A DNA stretch of 64,000 bases from Patescibacteria group bacterium (GCA_020148145.1 JAHCRE010000016.1:4456-68455), one strand, 5' to 3'. Counted from the stretch's first letter, positions 27,308-35,060 are shown. Notes: generated by a model not told the origin, from the sequence alone. Numbers and translations are program-made.

Positions 27308-28213
27308 TTATTCAGAAAGCGTATTGAATGCTTCTTCGGTACTGGTTGTAGTGTTACCCACAGCATCAGCAGAGCTCACTAGATAATGGTAAGTAGTGCT
27401 TGGAGTTAAACTGAATAGTGCGATGTTATGATCTAATACTAAATCGAGAGAACTCTCCATCGGCGTTGAATCTGGTATAACAAGCGGAGTCACTGTATCA
27501 TACCACACCTTACTATCTGCTGGCTCGTTGGTAAGCCAAGTAATCATCGTTGATGTTGTAGTGGTATCTATGGCACTAAGTTCTGAAATAACGGGCGCTA
27601 TAGTGTCCGGAGTGGGTGTTTCTTCTTCTAGTTTTTTAGCAATACCGGGGGGAAGTTTTTGTCCAGGCAATGGCTTAGGCTCAAATCCAAGTTTTTTTCT
27701 AATTCCTGGCGCAATTAAAAGACCAAGTGGCACTTTACCAGACTCGCCGGCACCTTCCTCAAGTAGCTCGTTTATTCTAGATAATGTTTTGGGCCCGACC
27801 ACTCCGACCTGCTCAATGCCTGCTATTTTCTGAAATCTTTTTACCGCATTCCTTGTTAATGGGCCAAAGTATCCTGTAACCAGTCCTTCAGGATAAATGT
27901 CTGGGTCTGTTGCTAATATTTCTTGTAATAACTTAACGTCTTCCCCGGTCATGCCTGTTCGCAGTTGCCTAATTAGCTTAAGAGTTTCTTTAATCTCTTT
28001 TTCTATCTTCTTTACTTCCAGCCTTGCTTGTCTTAATGTTTCTATCTGAGCAATTAATGCTTCTATCTGCGCCCTTAATTTTTCTATCTGTTCTTGCAAT
28101 AATTGAAGGAGTTCCTGTACTGAAGGAGTGTTTGTTGTTTGCGCAAAAACGGGTATATACAAAACACCAAGCAAAATAGTCACACCAAGAAGAATGCCAA
28201 TAATTTTATTCAT
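27308..28213 (-). CDS. secreted peptidoglycan-binding protein with coiled coil and FN3-like C-terminal domain
   Basis: 301 aa. Signal peptide. PG_binding_1-like motif (GEDVKLLQEIL..GYFGPLTRNAVKRFQ). The C-terminal ITWLTNEPADSKVWYD..TTYHYLV domain is similar to the one in 17704-19854. Confidence 0.75.
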   Translation of the reverse strand: MNKIIGILLGVTILLGVLYIPVFAQTTNTPSVQELLQLLQEQIEKLRAQIEALIAQIETLRQARLEVKKIEKEIKETLKLIRQLRTGMTGEDVKLLQEILATDPDIYPEGLVTGYFGPLTRNAVKRFQKIAGIEQVGVVGPKTLSRINELLEEGAGESGKVPLGLLIAPGIRKKLGFEPKPLPGQKLPPGIAKKLEEETPTPDTIAPVISELSAIDTTTTSTMITWLTNEPADSKVWYDTVTPLVIPDSTPMESSLDLVLDHNIALFSLTPSTTYHYLVSSADAVGNTTTSTEEAFNTLSE

Positions 28214-28357
28214 TTTATTTTAATTTAATAAGATAGACTTTTAATACTATCCGACCTTTCATCTTTATTTATTATACCTTACCTATTTGCAAATCAAAAG
28301 CCCGAGAAAAACACTTCAATAAATTCAGTGTAAACTTCTCGGGCGGGGCGGGCGGAA

Positions 28358-28735
28358 ATAAAAAAAGAAGGGGATCGAAATTATTAATAGTGATCCCCTA
28401 TGAATGGTTGGGCGGAGTTTTCTCCGTAAGGAGAAATCTCTGCAATTTCATTTCCAACGTAAGCTGTTGGATAGCTTTTAGCCTTTCGGCTATAAGCTAC
28501 CTTTTTGTGAGCATCTTCCGAAGAAAATGCTCTTTTGCTCTCGCTAGAAACGAGATTGAAGGGAGCCCCTTCCATATACCTGGCTTGATAGCCTGCCTTG
28601 GTAAAGCCTAAGCCCTACAAAGTACTCACTATTTTTTCCTTTCGGAAAAAGAATTTCTTCCTTCTTTTTGGGAACAAACAGGAGGTCACAGACATACTGC
28701 ACAGGATTGCAACAGTGATCCCTCTTCACTCTGCG
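28358..28735 (-). ncRNA. candidate structured ncRNA (about 380 nt) adjacent to the arrays; possible tracrRNA-like component
   Basis: - Minus-strand promoter TTGACA-16-TAATAT (plus coords 28764-28769 / 28742-28747).
- Terminator GGGGATC-N15-GATCCCC + TTCTTTTTTT (28370-28398).
- Several GNRA/UNCG-capped stems (CCGAAAGG, CUUCGGAAG, GCCGAAAGGC, CCUUACGGAG).
- Only short overlapping ORFs on both strands.
- The 3' part, AGAUUUC-UCCUUAC-GGAGAA, is complementary to the repeat segment UUCUCCGAAAUCU. Confidence 0.5.
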
Positions 28736-28870
28736 AGTTTCATATTAGCAAACCCAAGTATGTTGTCAAGTCCGTATAAAGTGAAAAAACTGTGGAAAAC
28801 TTTTACCCCGAGAAAAGCCGCAGAACCAGAATAAATTCGGTTCATAGTTTCGCTCTCGGGCGGGCGTAAA

Positions 28871-28891
28871 TAAAAAAGCCCTAAATAGGGC
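28871..28891 (-). terminator. intrinsic terminator closing array A1
   Basis: Minus strand reads GGCCCTATTTAGGGC + TTTTTT. The same hairpin recurs at the end of A2, A3, A4, A5 and A6. Confidence 0.65.
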
Positions 28892-28913
28892 CTAAATTTA
28901 TGGAACAGTTCGT

Positions 28914-29345
28914 AGTTACAGATTAAATCACTCGGAACAATACATGAAATAGGTTACAAGATTTCGGGAAAAACTCGGCATCTCGTTACGTATTTGATGG
29001 AAAAGCCTCACTTTATTACAAGATTTCGGGAAACCCAGGAATCGTCGTGGATTACAAAATTTCGGAAAGCAATAACTATGGAGATTACAAAGATTTCGAA
29101 GAATCACCAGCCTCACGGATTACAAGGTTTTGGAAAATTGCGATGAAGTATATATCAAGGCATTACAAGATTTCGGGGAATCGTTTCCTATGTGTGCATA
29201 ATTACAAGATTTCGGGAAATCGGATAATAGATGAGCGTCCATTACAAAGTCGCCGTAAGCACTGTTACGAGGTATACTGGGTAACGCAATTACAAGATTT
29301 CTGAGATTTTGCGCGGTAGTTTCGAATTACAAGATTTCGGAGAAT
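28914..29345 (-). CRISPR. CRISPR-like mini-array A1 (about 11 units)
   Basis: Units start (plus coords) at 28952, 29014, 29050, 29083, 29118, 29161, 29200, 29240 (degenerate), 29288 and 29325. Consensus ATTACAAGATTTCGGRRAAT. Variant repeat GTTACAGATTAAATCAC at 28914. Unit periods mostly 33-48 bp (62 bp at the degenerate distal end). Confidence 0.6.
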
Positions 29346-29394
29346 TTTAGGCATCAGCATTTTGGAGGATCGCTTCAAGCTTCGGTGACCGTGA

Positions 29395-29508
29395 GTTATT
29401 TGCTTTTCAACGAACTACTTATCTCCTCCATATTCCCTGGGGAATACTTTATGAGATATTATGGGCATGTAACATACCCGGGTATGGAAAAGCCTTGCTT
29501 TTCCATCC
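29395..29508 (-). ncRNA. conserved structured leader RNA L1 (tracr/scout-like candidate)
   Basis: Three hairpins on the minus strand: AUGGAAAAGC-AAG-GCUUUUCCAU (29484-29506), GGGUAUG-UUA-CAUGCCC (29463-29479) and UAUUCC-CCAG-GGAAUA (29431-29446). Then an invariant GGAGGAGAUAAGUAGUUCGUUGA. Paralogs L2-L6. Confidence 0.6.
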
Positions 29509-29514
29509 TTTTTA

Positions 29515-29543
29515 AGGGTAGCAAAAGAGAGATTCTTTGTCAA
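29515..29543 (-). promoter_or_regulatory. promoter of cassette A1
   Basis: Minus strand TTGACA (29538-29543), 17 bp, TACCCT (29515-29520). Confidence 0.55.
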
Positions 29544-29560
29544 TGTGGGTGGGCAAAATA

Positions 29561-29580
29561 AAAAAGCCCTAAATAGGGCC
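29561..29580 (-). terminator. intrinsic terminator closing array A2
   Basis: Minus strand GGCCCTATTTAGGGC + TTTTTTATTTT. Confidence 0.65.
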
Positions 29581-29613
29581 TGAGTTTAAAGAATAAGGAA
29601 GCTACATGAAAGT

Positions 29614-30315
29614 GTTACAGATTGAATCGCTTTCAACCCGGCATAATTTTTATCGAATTACGAGATTTCGGAGAATTTCAGGGGTAAACAGATTTGCTTG
29701 ATTACAAGATTTTAGAAAATCTGAGACGATTTATTGTTACTGCACGATGATACTCTTATACTCTGCCATTACAAGATTTTGGAGCTTAGGGAAATGTTCA
29801 TTACAAGATTTCGGAGAATCGTTTCCTATGTGTGCATAATTACAAGATTTTGGGAAATCGGACATGTGGTCTTCTTATTACAAGATTTCGTCGCATTTCC
29901 AGTTACAGATTAAATCGCTTTTTGTGGCAATGATAACTGGCGATGGGGTTACAGGGTTACAAGATTTCGGACACTTTGCTAATGGCGTTACAAAGTCGGA
30001 ATCAGCATGTAGTTACAAGATTGACATTAGGTAGATATTACAAGATCTCAGAAGAAATCCATTATCAAATTACAAAGATTTCGGAGAATAGCACATACTG
30101 AAGGTCCTTTAATTACAAGACTTCGGGAGACGACAGTTAGTCCTGGAATCGTTACCTTTTTAATCTTTTGGCGATTGCGAAAACGATGGACAGGTATTAC
30201 AAGATTTCAGCACAGTGAAAACAACAGTGAGAACAGTTACGCGCTGGATTATTCTCACAGATTACGAGGCTTCGGGAAATCATTAGGGTTCTCTAATTAC
30301 GAGATTTCGGATAAA
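29614..30315 (-). CRISPR. CRISPR-like mini-array A2 (about 17 units)
   Basis: Main repeat at 29657, 29701, 29768, 29800, 29839, 29877, 29956, 30037, 30069, 30112, 30196, 30261 and 30296. Degenerate copies at 29986 and 30012. Variant repeat GTTACAGATTRAATCGCTT at 29614 and 29902. Confidence 0.6.
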
Positions 30316-30379
30316 GCCTTTGAATATGGTTACTTCGCACCTTAAACCGGCGTTACCCTGTCATCAGCGTGACAACTTA

Positions 30380-30502
30380 TTACTGACTTCTTTGTTTGTC
30401 AACGAACTACTTATCTCCTCCATATTCTTTTGGGAATACTTTGGAAGACATTATGGGCATGTAACATACCCTTGGATAGAAAAGCCTTGCCTTTCTATCC
30501 GC
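30380..30502 (-). ncRNA. conserved structured leader RNA L2
   Basis: Paralog of L1 with the same three hairpins (GGAUAGAAAGGCAAGGCUUUUCUAUCC; GGGUAUGUUACAUGCCC; UAUUC-CCAAAA-GAAUA) and GGAGGAGAUAAGUAGUUCGUUGACAAAC. Confidence 0.6.
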
Positions 30503-30508
30503 TGACTA

Positions 30509-30537
30509 AGATTAGCAGAGGTATGCTTAGTTGTCAA
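30509..30537 (-). promoter_or_regulatory. promoter of cassette A2
   Basis: Minus strand TTGACA (30532-30537), 17 bp, TAATCT (30509-30514). Confidence 0.6.
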
Positions 30538-30564
30538 ATAAAAAGGGCGCTGCTTTGCAGCGCC
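30538..30564 (-). terminator. intrinsic terminator after the helicase gene
   Basis: Minus strand GGCGCTGC-AAA-GCAGCGCC + CTTTTTATTT, located 10 nt after the stop. Confidence 0.75.
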
Positions 30565-30573
30565 ACAAGAAAT

Positions 30574-32406
30574 TTAGGATTCTTTGGTTAAGAGTCGCAG
30601 TCCCTCCTCAAGGCATTCATCGAAAGGTGCTTCGAAACGTGCCCCTTCTAGCCACTCTGGTAAACCTCCTAAGACTCTGTTGAATTGCTTGGAAATAAAG
30701 AAGCACATTCCGATATCCTCTGCTGTTCGGATATTCCGACCTCTTACTTGTAGAGCCTTTACTGTAACTCGATATTTTATTAATCTCCAGCGCAATACTC
30801 CCCATCGTCTTTCCTCAAACTGTGATGCAGGATCCATTGGTCGTGGATATGGAGGTCTCAAGACCCAAATTACCGGAGCAATCTCTCTTGGTAAGTCGAT
30901 TCCTTCGCCGAATTGGGCTACTGTTCCAAGTAAGACATCGCCCTCACCTTCAATAAATCTCCTGGCAGCATCTTTCGCCTTTAATCCTGGTCCATAGGTC
31001 ATTATTTTGAAATCTTTGGAATGTCTTTCCAAAAATTTTAATCGCTCAGCTTCTGAGACAACGGTGATCAAAGATCGGAATTCCTTTTTCAGAAACTCAC
31101 GGCAACCTTTAGCAATTATGCTAAATGCTCGATTTTTTGCCCTAGCCAGTGCTCCTCTGCCTGGGTTAGCTTTCACTGCTAAATTCGGCGTATCGGTCGG
31201 TAGAAAGACTCTCGTATTTTCAATTGGGAAGGTTGATGTATAAACCTGGAAAGGAAAATCTATTCCTGTCTCAATGGCAAAGGTTTCTTTATCGCCTATC
31301 GTTGCCGAGTAAGCAATAATCCTTTCAATAGGCTCTAAAATTTTCAACCGAATCACCGGACTAACATAGAAGTGTCGAATACATAACTTACAGATTACTC
31401 TTGGCCCTCTCTTGCCCCTTTTCCTTCTCTTTTTCCTGTAGAACATAAAGACGTAATTCGATGGCTTCCGTGTTTCTGTACCTGTGGCATAGAATAATTC
31501 TTTGATATACCAGGGAATATGCCGAACAACTATTTCAAGGGTCTTCAAAGTTTTTCTATCTTTTTTTGGGTCTAAAATACCAAGTTCTAAGGCTTTATTG
31601 ATTGTCCCTCTAAGCTCTTTGGTATTTATTTCCTCGAGCAAAGAAATCAATCTTTTGATTTCATGGTCTGCTAAAAGCTCGGGTGGTTCCGTTGGTTTTA
31701 ATTTGGCAATCTTCATCATCTCTTCTAAGAATCTTTCCAGCAACCATTCTCTTCTAATCACTGATAATGCCTTTATCGCTCTTTTTAAGGTAAGGCCACT
31801 GATATCCCAAGAAAGAATCTGCCTTGTTACTTCGGCTAACCTATGAACTTCATCGATCACCAGTACCTTCGGTGGCGAAGCCTTGAATTTTTTCACGTAT
31901 AGCATGTGAGTGACAAGGTAAGCAATTGTGCAGACAATTATGTCTCCTTTCATTGCCCGGTGCTTTACCAAGAGATAAGGACAAGGCTCAACTCCTGGTT
32001 CTACTGTCTTGCCAGTGTCGAGATCTACCCTATGGGGACATTTTAACAATGAGCAAGGTGATTCTTCGGCTGTCACCTTTTCTCTTTTATCTTTGTAGAA
32101 AAGACAAGGATACTCATTCCTTCCATAGGCCTCTACCACTCCCTCTGGATACATTTTTTTGGCTTGTCTAACTAAAGTTTTGGTGGTGGTAGCGTAAATA
32201 ATTGGTTTTACCCCTATTTCCTTAAAGGCTTTTAAAGGAGTAACGCCAGTTGCTGTCTTTCCTCTTCCAGTTGGCATCTCGTGAAGACTTTTTTTGTGGT
32301 AGGCGATGAACTCTAGAGCGGCTCTCTGATCAGGCCTCATTTTCTTATGAGGGAAGCGTTTCTTAAACTCTTCAGACAGATGTTGCGGATGTTCCAGATG
32401 TTTCAT
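30574..32406 (-). CDS. XPD/DinG/Rad3-family SF2 helicase with Fe-S cluster domain, array-associated
   Basis: 610 aa.
- Q-like RPDQ.
- Motif I EMPTGRGKTA.
- Four Cys between motifs Ia and II (C101, C118, C123, C142; YGRNEYPC..SPCSLLKCPH..EPCPY).
- Motif II VLVIDEVH.
- Motif III YSATI.
- Motif V GTVAQFGEGIDLP.
- Motif VI QVRGRNIRTAEDIG.
Own SD AAAGAGGTGAA. Confidence 0.85.
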   Translation of the reverse strand: MKHLEHPQHLSEEFKKRFPHKKMRPDQRAALEFIAYHKKSLHEMPTGRGKTATGVTPLKAFKEIGVKPIIYATTTKTLVRQAKKMYPEGVVEAYGRNEYPCLFYKDKREKVTAEESPCSLLKCPHRVDLDTGKTVEPGVEPCPYLLVKHRAMKGDIIVCTIAYLVTHMLYVKKFKASPPKVLVIDEVHRLAEVTRQILSWDISGLTLKRAIKALSVIRREWLLERFLEEMMKIAKLKPTEPPELLADHEIKRLISLLEEINTKELRGTINKALELGILDPKKDRKTLKTLEIVVRHIPWYIKELFYATGTETRKPSNYVFMFYRKKRRKRGKRGPRVICKLCIRHFYVSPVIRLKILEPIERIIAYSATIGDKETFAIETGIDFPFQVYTSTFPIENTRVFLPTDTPNLAVKANPGRGALARAKNRAFSIIAKGCREFLKKEFRSLITVVSEAERLKFLERHSKDFKIMTYGPGLKAKDAARRFIEGEGDVLLGTVAQFGEGIDLPREIAPVIWVLRPPYPRPMDPASQFEERRWGVLRWRLIKYRVTVKALQVRGRNIRTAEDIGMCFFISKQFNRVLGGLPEWLEGARFEAPFDECLEEGLRLLTKES

Positions 32407-32458
32407 TCAATATTCACCTCTTTTTAAGGTTCTATAGATGGCAAAAGCCACCGTCAAT

Positions 32459-32487
32459 AAATTAGCACATTTTAAAATTTATGTCAA
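32459..32487 (-). promoter_or_regulatory. promoter of the helicase gene
   Basis: Minus strand TTGACA (32482-32487), 17 bp, TAATTT (32459-32464). Confidence 0.6.
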
Positions 32488-32488
32488 G

Positions 32489-32510
32489 AAAAAAAAGGCG
32501 CAAAAGCGCC
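32489..32510 (-). terminator. intrinsic terminator after the Cas12/TnpB-like gene
   Basis: Minus strand GGCGC-TTTT-GCGCC + TTTTTTTT, overlapping the TAG stop. Confidence 0.75.
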
Positions 32511-34447
32511 TAGTTGGTTTTGGGTTCCTCCATTGAAACTAAAGCTATGGCTAGATTCGTGTTGGTATCCCTTCCACACTCACATGTAAGGCTTTTTCGA
32601 TCTTCGACTATCACTAAATTCTGCCAGGTTCCTCCAATTTCCTTTTCGCAATAAGGACAGACTGCCACTTGATTCGCATTAAATTCTCTCTCTTCCACAG
32701 GGAATCCCCGCATTTCCAATTTATATCCTATTCGAGCCCTAAAGATTGAGTCAATCCAGTATCGCAGTTTTCTATTTAGTTCTCGCCTTTCTATCTCTCC
32801 TCTTCTGTAAAGTCTCTTTTGGATGTTCAGTAAAATCACTTTACCCGGCATTGTCATCAAGTACTCAGCTATCCCTTTTGTCTCATTGTGCAAGACCCAC
32901 TTTATCTTCCTTGACTCTTTTAACCTTGGTTTCTTGAAATATCCCCGAGAAGCTTCTTTCCTTTGCTTGAAGTAGTAGTTCTTAATTGAGATTATTTCTT
33001 TGTGTCGGAAAAACCTCACTTTTCTTTGATCTTCTTTAATACTGAGTACACAGGTCGTCTCTAGACAATAGGCAATGATGTGCAACCAGCCCTGGTCTTC
33101 CTTTAAAGGGACTACCTTTGTTAAAGGAAAGATGAAGAAATATTCTTTCTTTTGTCCTTTCCCAATGTGACGGAATAACTCTGGATATCTCGTAGGGTCG
33201 CCAAAGACACGCTCAGCTTTATGATATTCCTCAATCCACCTGGTACCAATGATTAAACCTTCTTTTCTCTTGCCTCTTTCCCAAAGGCCAATGCTGATTT
33301 TCCAAAGACCTAGCTCAACCCTGATGAATTTGTACATTCCTTTTGAGTATTTCACCTTCGTTGTTGGAAAGCTTGGAATCCTATCTGGCCTTATTTTTCT
33401 GAATTCTCTATCTAGCTGACATTCTGGCCCCCAATCGTATTCTCTGTAGTTTTCGCATCCTTCGCAGATTGGCGTTGCTATCCTCTTTACAATCTCCGTA
33501 GTCTTTGCTTTTCCCTCCGAAATCATGACTTTCCTTCCGAGATTCACTCTCGTTCTTTTTAAGCGTTGGAGTTCCTCCTTTATCGTTTTCTTTTGCTTCC
33601 TATCCGTTGCAACTTTAAGAAATCCTTCTGCCTTTTTTATTTCTTGCTCAATGCTTCTGAGTATCTCTTTTTTAGCCTCAATTTTCCTCAATGTCCTCGA
33701 AGATATTTCCTTTGGCTTCTCTTGCAAAAGTTCATTGATTCCTCTTAACCTTTCTCTTCTTTTTTTTCTGTTTTTCTTTGTGATATCCTGGCCTAACCAA
33801 TAGAAGAGGAAGTGTCTAAAGGGCGAAATTAGGGCTCTTGTCTCTCGCCATTCATTTCTAATTTCTTGTATCTCCTGCGGTTCATCAACGGGTTCTTTTC
33901 CTATTCCGCTCTCTTTACATTCTTTGAATTTTCTCTGAAACTCATTTTTCTTTAAGATTTTTCCCCAGTTGTTGCTTAACCAAGCATTCATCATTGACTG
34001 GGCAGCAGTGAAGGCTAAATCGATGAAGGTCTTTAATGGAATCTTAAAGATTCTCTTTGCTTCATAGGCAACTTCTTGCCGGGCTATTTTCCCAAAAATA
34101 TAAGACCTTGCACAGGCAGAGCAATACTTTTGACCATCGAATTTTGATTCCATCACCAAATTCGTTTCTTTTTGGCAATTAGCGCAGACTCCTTTTTCTT
34201 TTGGAATGATGTAAAATCTCCTAAGTCTTTGAGAAAATCTTCGCATGCAAAACTCACCAGCCCTGCTAAACTCATCGATCAATCTCTCAAAGTCTTGCTC
34301 TGGAATTCCGGCTATTCTCAAAGGGATTCCAAGAGTCACTATATTGAATCTTGTCTGGCATTCCTCGCAAGCCATCGGATTTTTCTTTCCTGAAATCTTA
34401 ATTTCAACCTGGCATTCCGGATTCGGACATTTTACTTTTTTTACCAA
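32510..34447 (-). CDS. TnpB/Cas12-like (type V-like) RNA-guided effector candidate with apparently degenerate RuvC
   Basis: 645 aa. TTG start 7 nt after GGAGG.
- The C-terminal third matches the TnpB/Cas12 core: YWIDSIFRARIGYKLEMRGFPVEE (YK.E..G.V block), Zn finger CPYC..x19..CEC, and RuvC-III-like GRDTNTNLAIAL.
- The RuvC-I position reads IIAYCLETT (no GxDxG).
- The RuvC-II position reads VILLNIQ (no Glu).
- Three further Zn-ribbon-like Cys pairs lie in the N-terminal and central parts: CPNPEC..CEEC, CANC..CSAC and CEGC..C. Confidence 0.7.
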   Translation of the reverse strand: MVKKVKCPNPECQVEIKISGKKNPMACEECQTRFNIVTLGIPLRIAGIPEQDFERLIDEFSRAGEFCMRRFSQRLRRFYIIPKEKGVCANCQKETNLVMESKFDGQKYCSACARSYIFGKIARQEVAYEAKRIFKIPLKTFIDLAFTAAQSMMNAWLSNNWGKILKKNEFQRKFKECKESGIGKEPVDEPQEIQEIRNEWRETRALISPFRHFLFYWLGQDITKKNRKKRRERLRGINELLQEKPKEISSRTLRKIEAKKEILRSIEQEIKKAEGFLKVATDRKQKKTIKEELQRLKRTRVNLGRKVMISEGKAKTTEIVKRIATPICEGCENYREYDWGPECQLDREFRKIRPDRIPSFPTTKVKYSKGMYKFIRVELGLWKISIGLWERGKRKEGLIIGTRWIEEYHKAERVFGDPTRYPELFRHIGKGQKKEYFFIFPLTKVVPLKEDQGWLHIIAYCLETTCVLSIKEDQRKVRFFRHKEIISIKNYYFKQRKEASRGYFKKPRLKESRKIKWVLHNETKGIAEYLMTMPGKVILLNIQKRLYRRGEIERRELNRKLRYWIDSIFRARIGYKLEMRGFPVEEREFNANQVAVCPYCEKEIGGTWQNLVIVEDRKSLTCECGRDTNTNLAIALVSMEEPKTN

Positions 34448-34603
34448 ACTCTCACCTCCCGACCATTACGCCGCGTTTCATACCCATCCATTTCTTTGAT
34501 GGGCTTCTCCCCTTTACAATCCTTTTAGACTGCTTTAGAGAGATTTAGGCGGTGAAACACCACCCTTTGCACCCATCATCTAATTGTCAAGATGCTAACT
34601 TCA

Positions 34604-34632
34604 AATATAACAAAAAATGAAAATTTTGTCAA
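34604..34632 (-). promoter_or_regulatory. promoter of the Cas12/TnpB-like gene
   Basis: Minus strand TTGACA (34627-34632), 17 bp, TATATT (34604-34609). Leaves a 5' UTR of about 150 nt that contains a second TTGACA (34585-34590) and small hairpins. Confidence 0.65.
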
Positions 34633-34696
34633 ATAAAACCGAGTGAAACTCTCGGGGGTGGGCGACGGCGAAAATAGAAAAGCCCTAAATAGGGCT
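34631..34696 (-). terminator. tandem terminators closing array A3
   Basis: Minus strand AAGCCCTATTTAGGGCT + TTTCTATTTT (34671-34696), then CCGAG-AGTTTCA-CTCGG + TTTTATTT (34631-34658). Confidence 0.65.
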
Positions 34697-34729
34697 TAAG
34701 GCTTAAAAGTATTATGACATGGGAATCTA

Positions 34730-35060
34730 ATTACAAATTCAAATGGACGGATTATTACTGTCATCCAAGCATTGTTACAGATTAAGTCGCTTCCAACTTG
34801 GCATAATTTTTATCGAATTACAAAATTTCGGAGGATCAGATTTCCAGCTATTACAAGATTTCGGAAGACCTCACCGACGATTGGAATTACAGGACTTCAG
34901 AGATGTGTATAATTACAAAATTTCGGAAAGTCACTAGGGTCAAATTGGTTACCTTTTTAAGCTTTTCGAAGACGATGGACAAGTATTACAAATGTCTGAA
35001 ATCTGCGGAAATTACAAGATTGCAGAGAATGGCTTCGACGGTTACAAGATTTCGGGAAAT
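34730..35060 (-). CRISPR. CRISPR-like mini-array A3 (about 9 units)
   Basis: Main repeat at 34817, 34850, 34886, 34912, 34985, 35011 and 35041. Degenerate copy at 34730. Variant repeat at 34774. The distal ~140 bp are nearly identical to the distal end of A6. Confidence 0.6.

Noticed and set aside
28358-28735. The ~380-nt RNA as RNase P RNA or tmRNA.
   Set aside because: I could not find the universal P4 GAGGAAAGUCC / ACAGAA..GGCUUA elements. I also found no tRNA-like acceptor/T-arm with a tag reading frame. Identity is left open.
28384-28834. Four overlapping 61-78-aa ORFs on both strands at 28384-28834.
   Set aside because: They are mutually overlapping and low-complexity, with no SD. The region has a promoter, a terminator and tetraloop-capped stems, which fit a non-coding RNA better.
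30584-34499. Plus-strand ORFs inside the helicase and effector genes (30584-30997, 31007-31243, 31502-31846, 31926-32171, 33525-33803, 34172-34499 and others).
   Set aside because: They are antisense to long ORFs with clear helicase and TnpB-like motifs. They have no independent signals.
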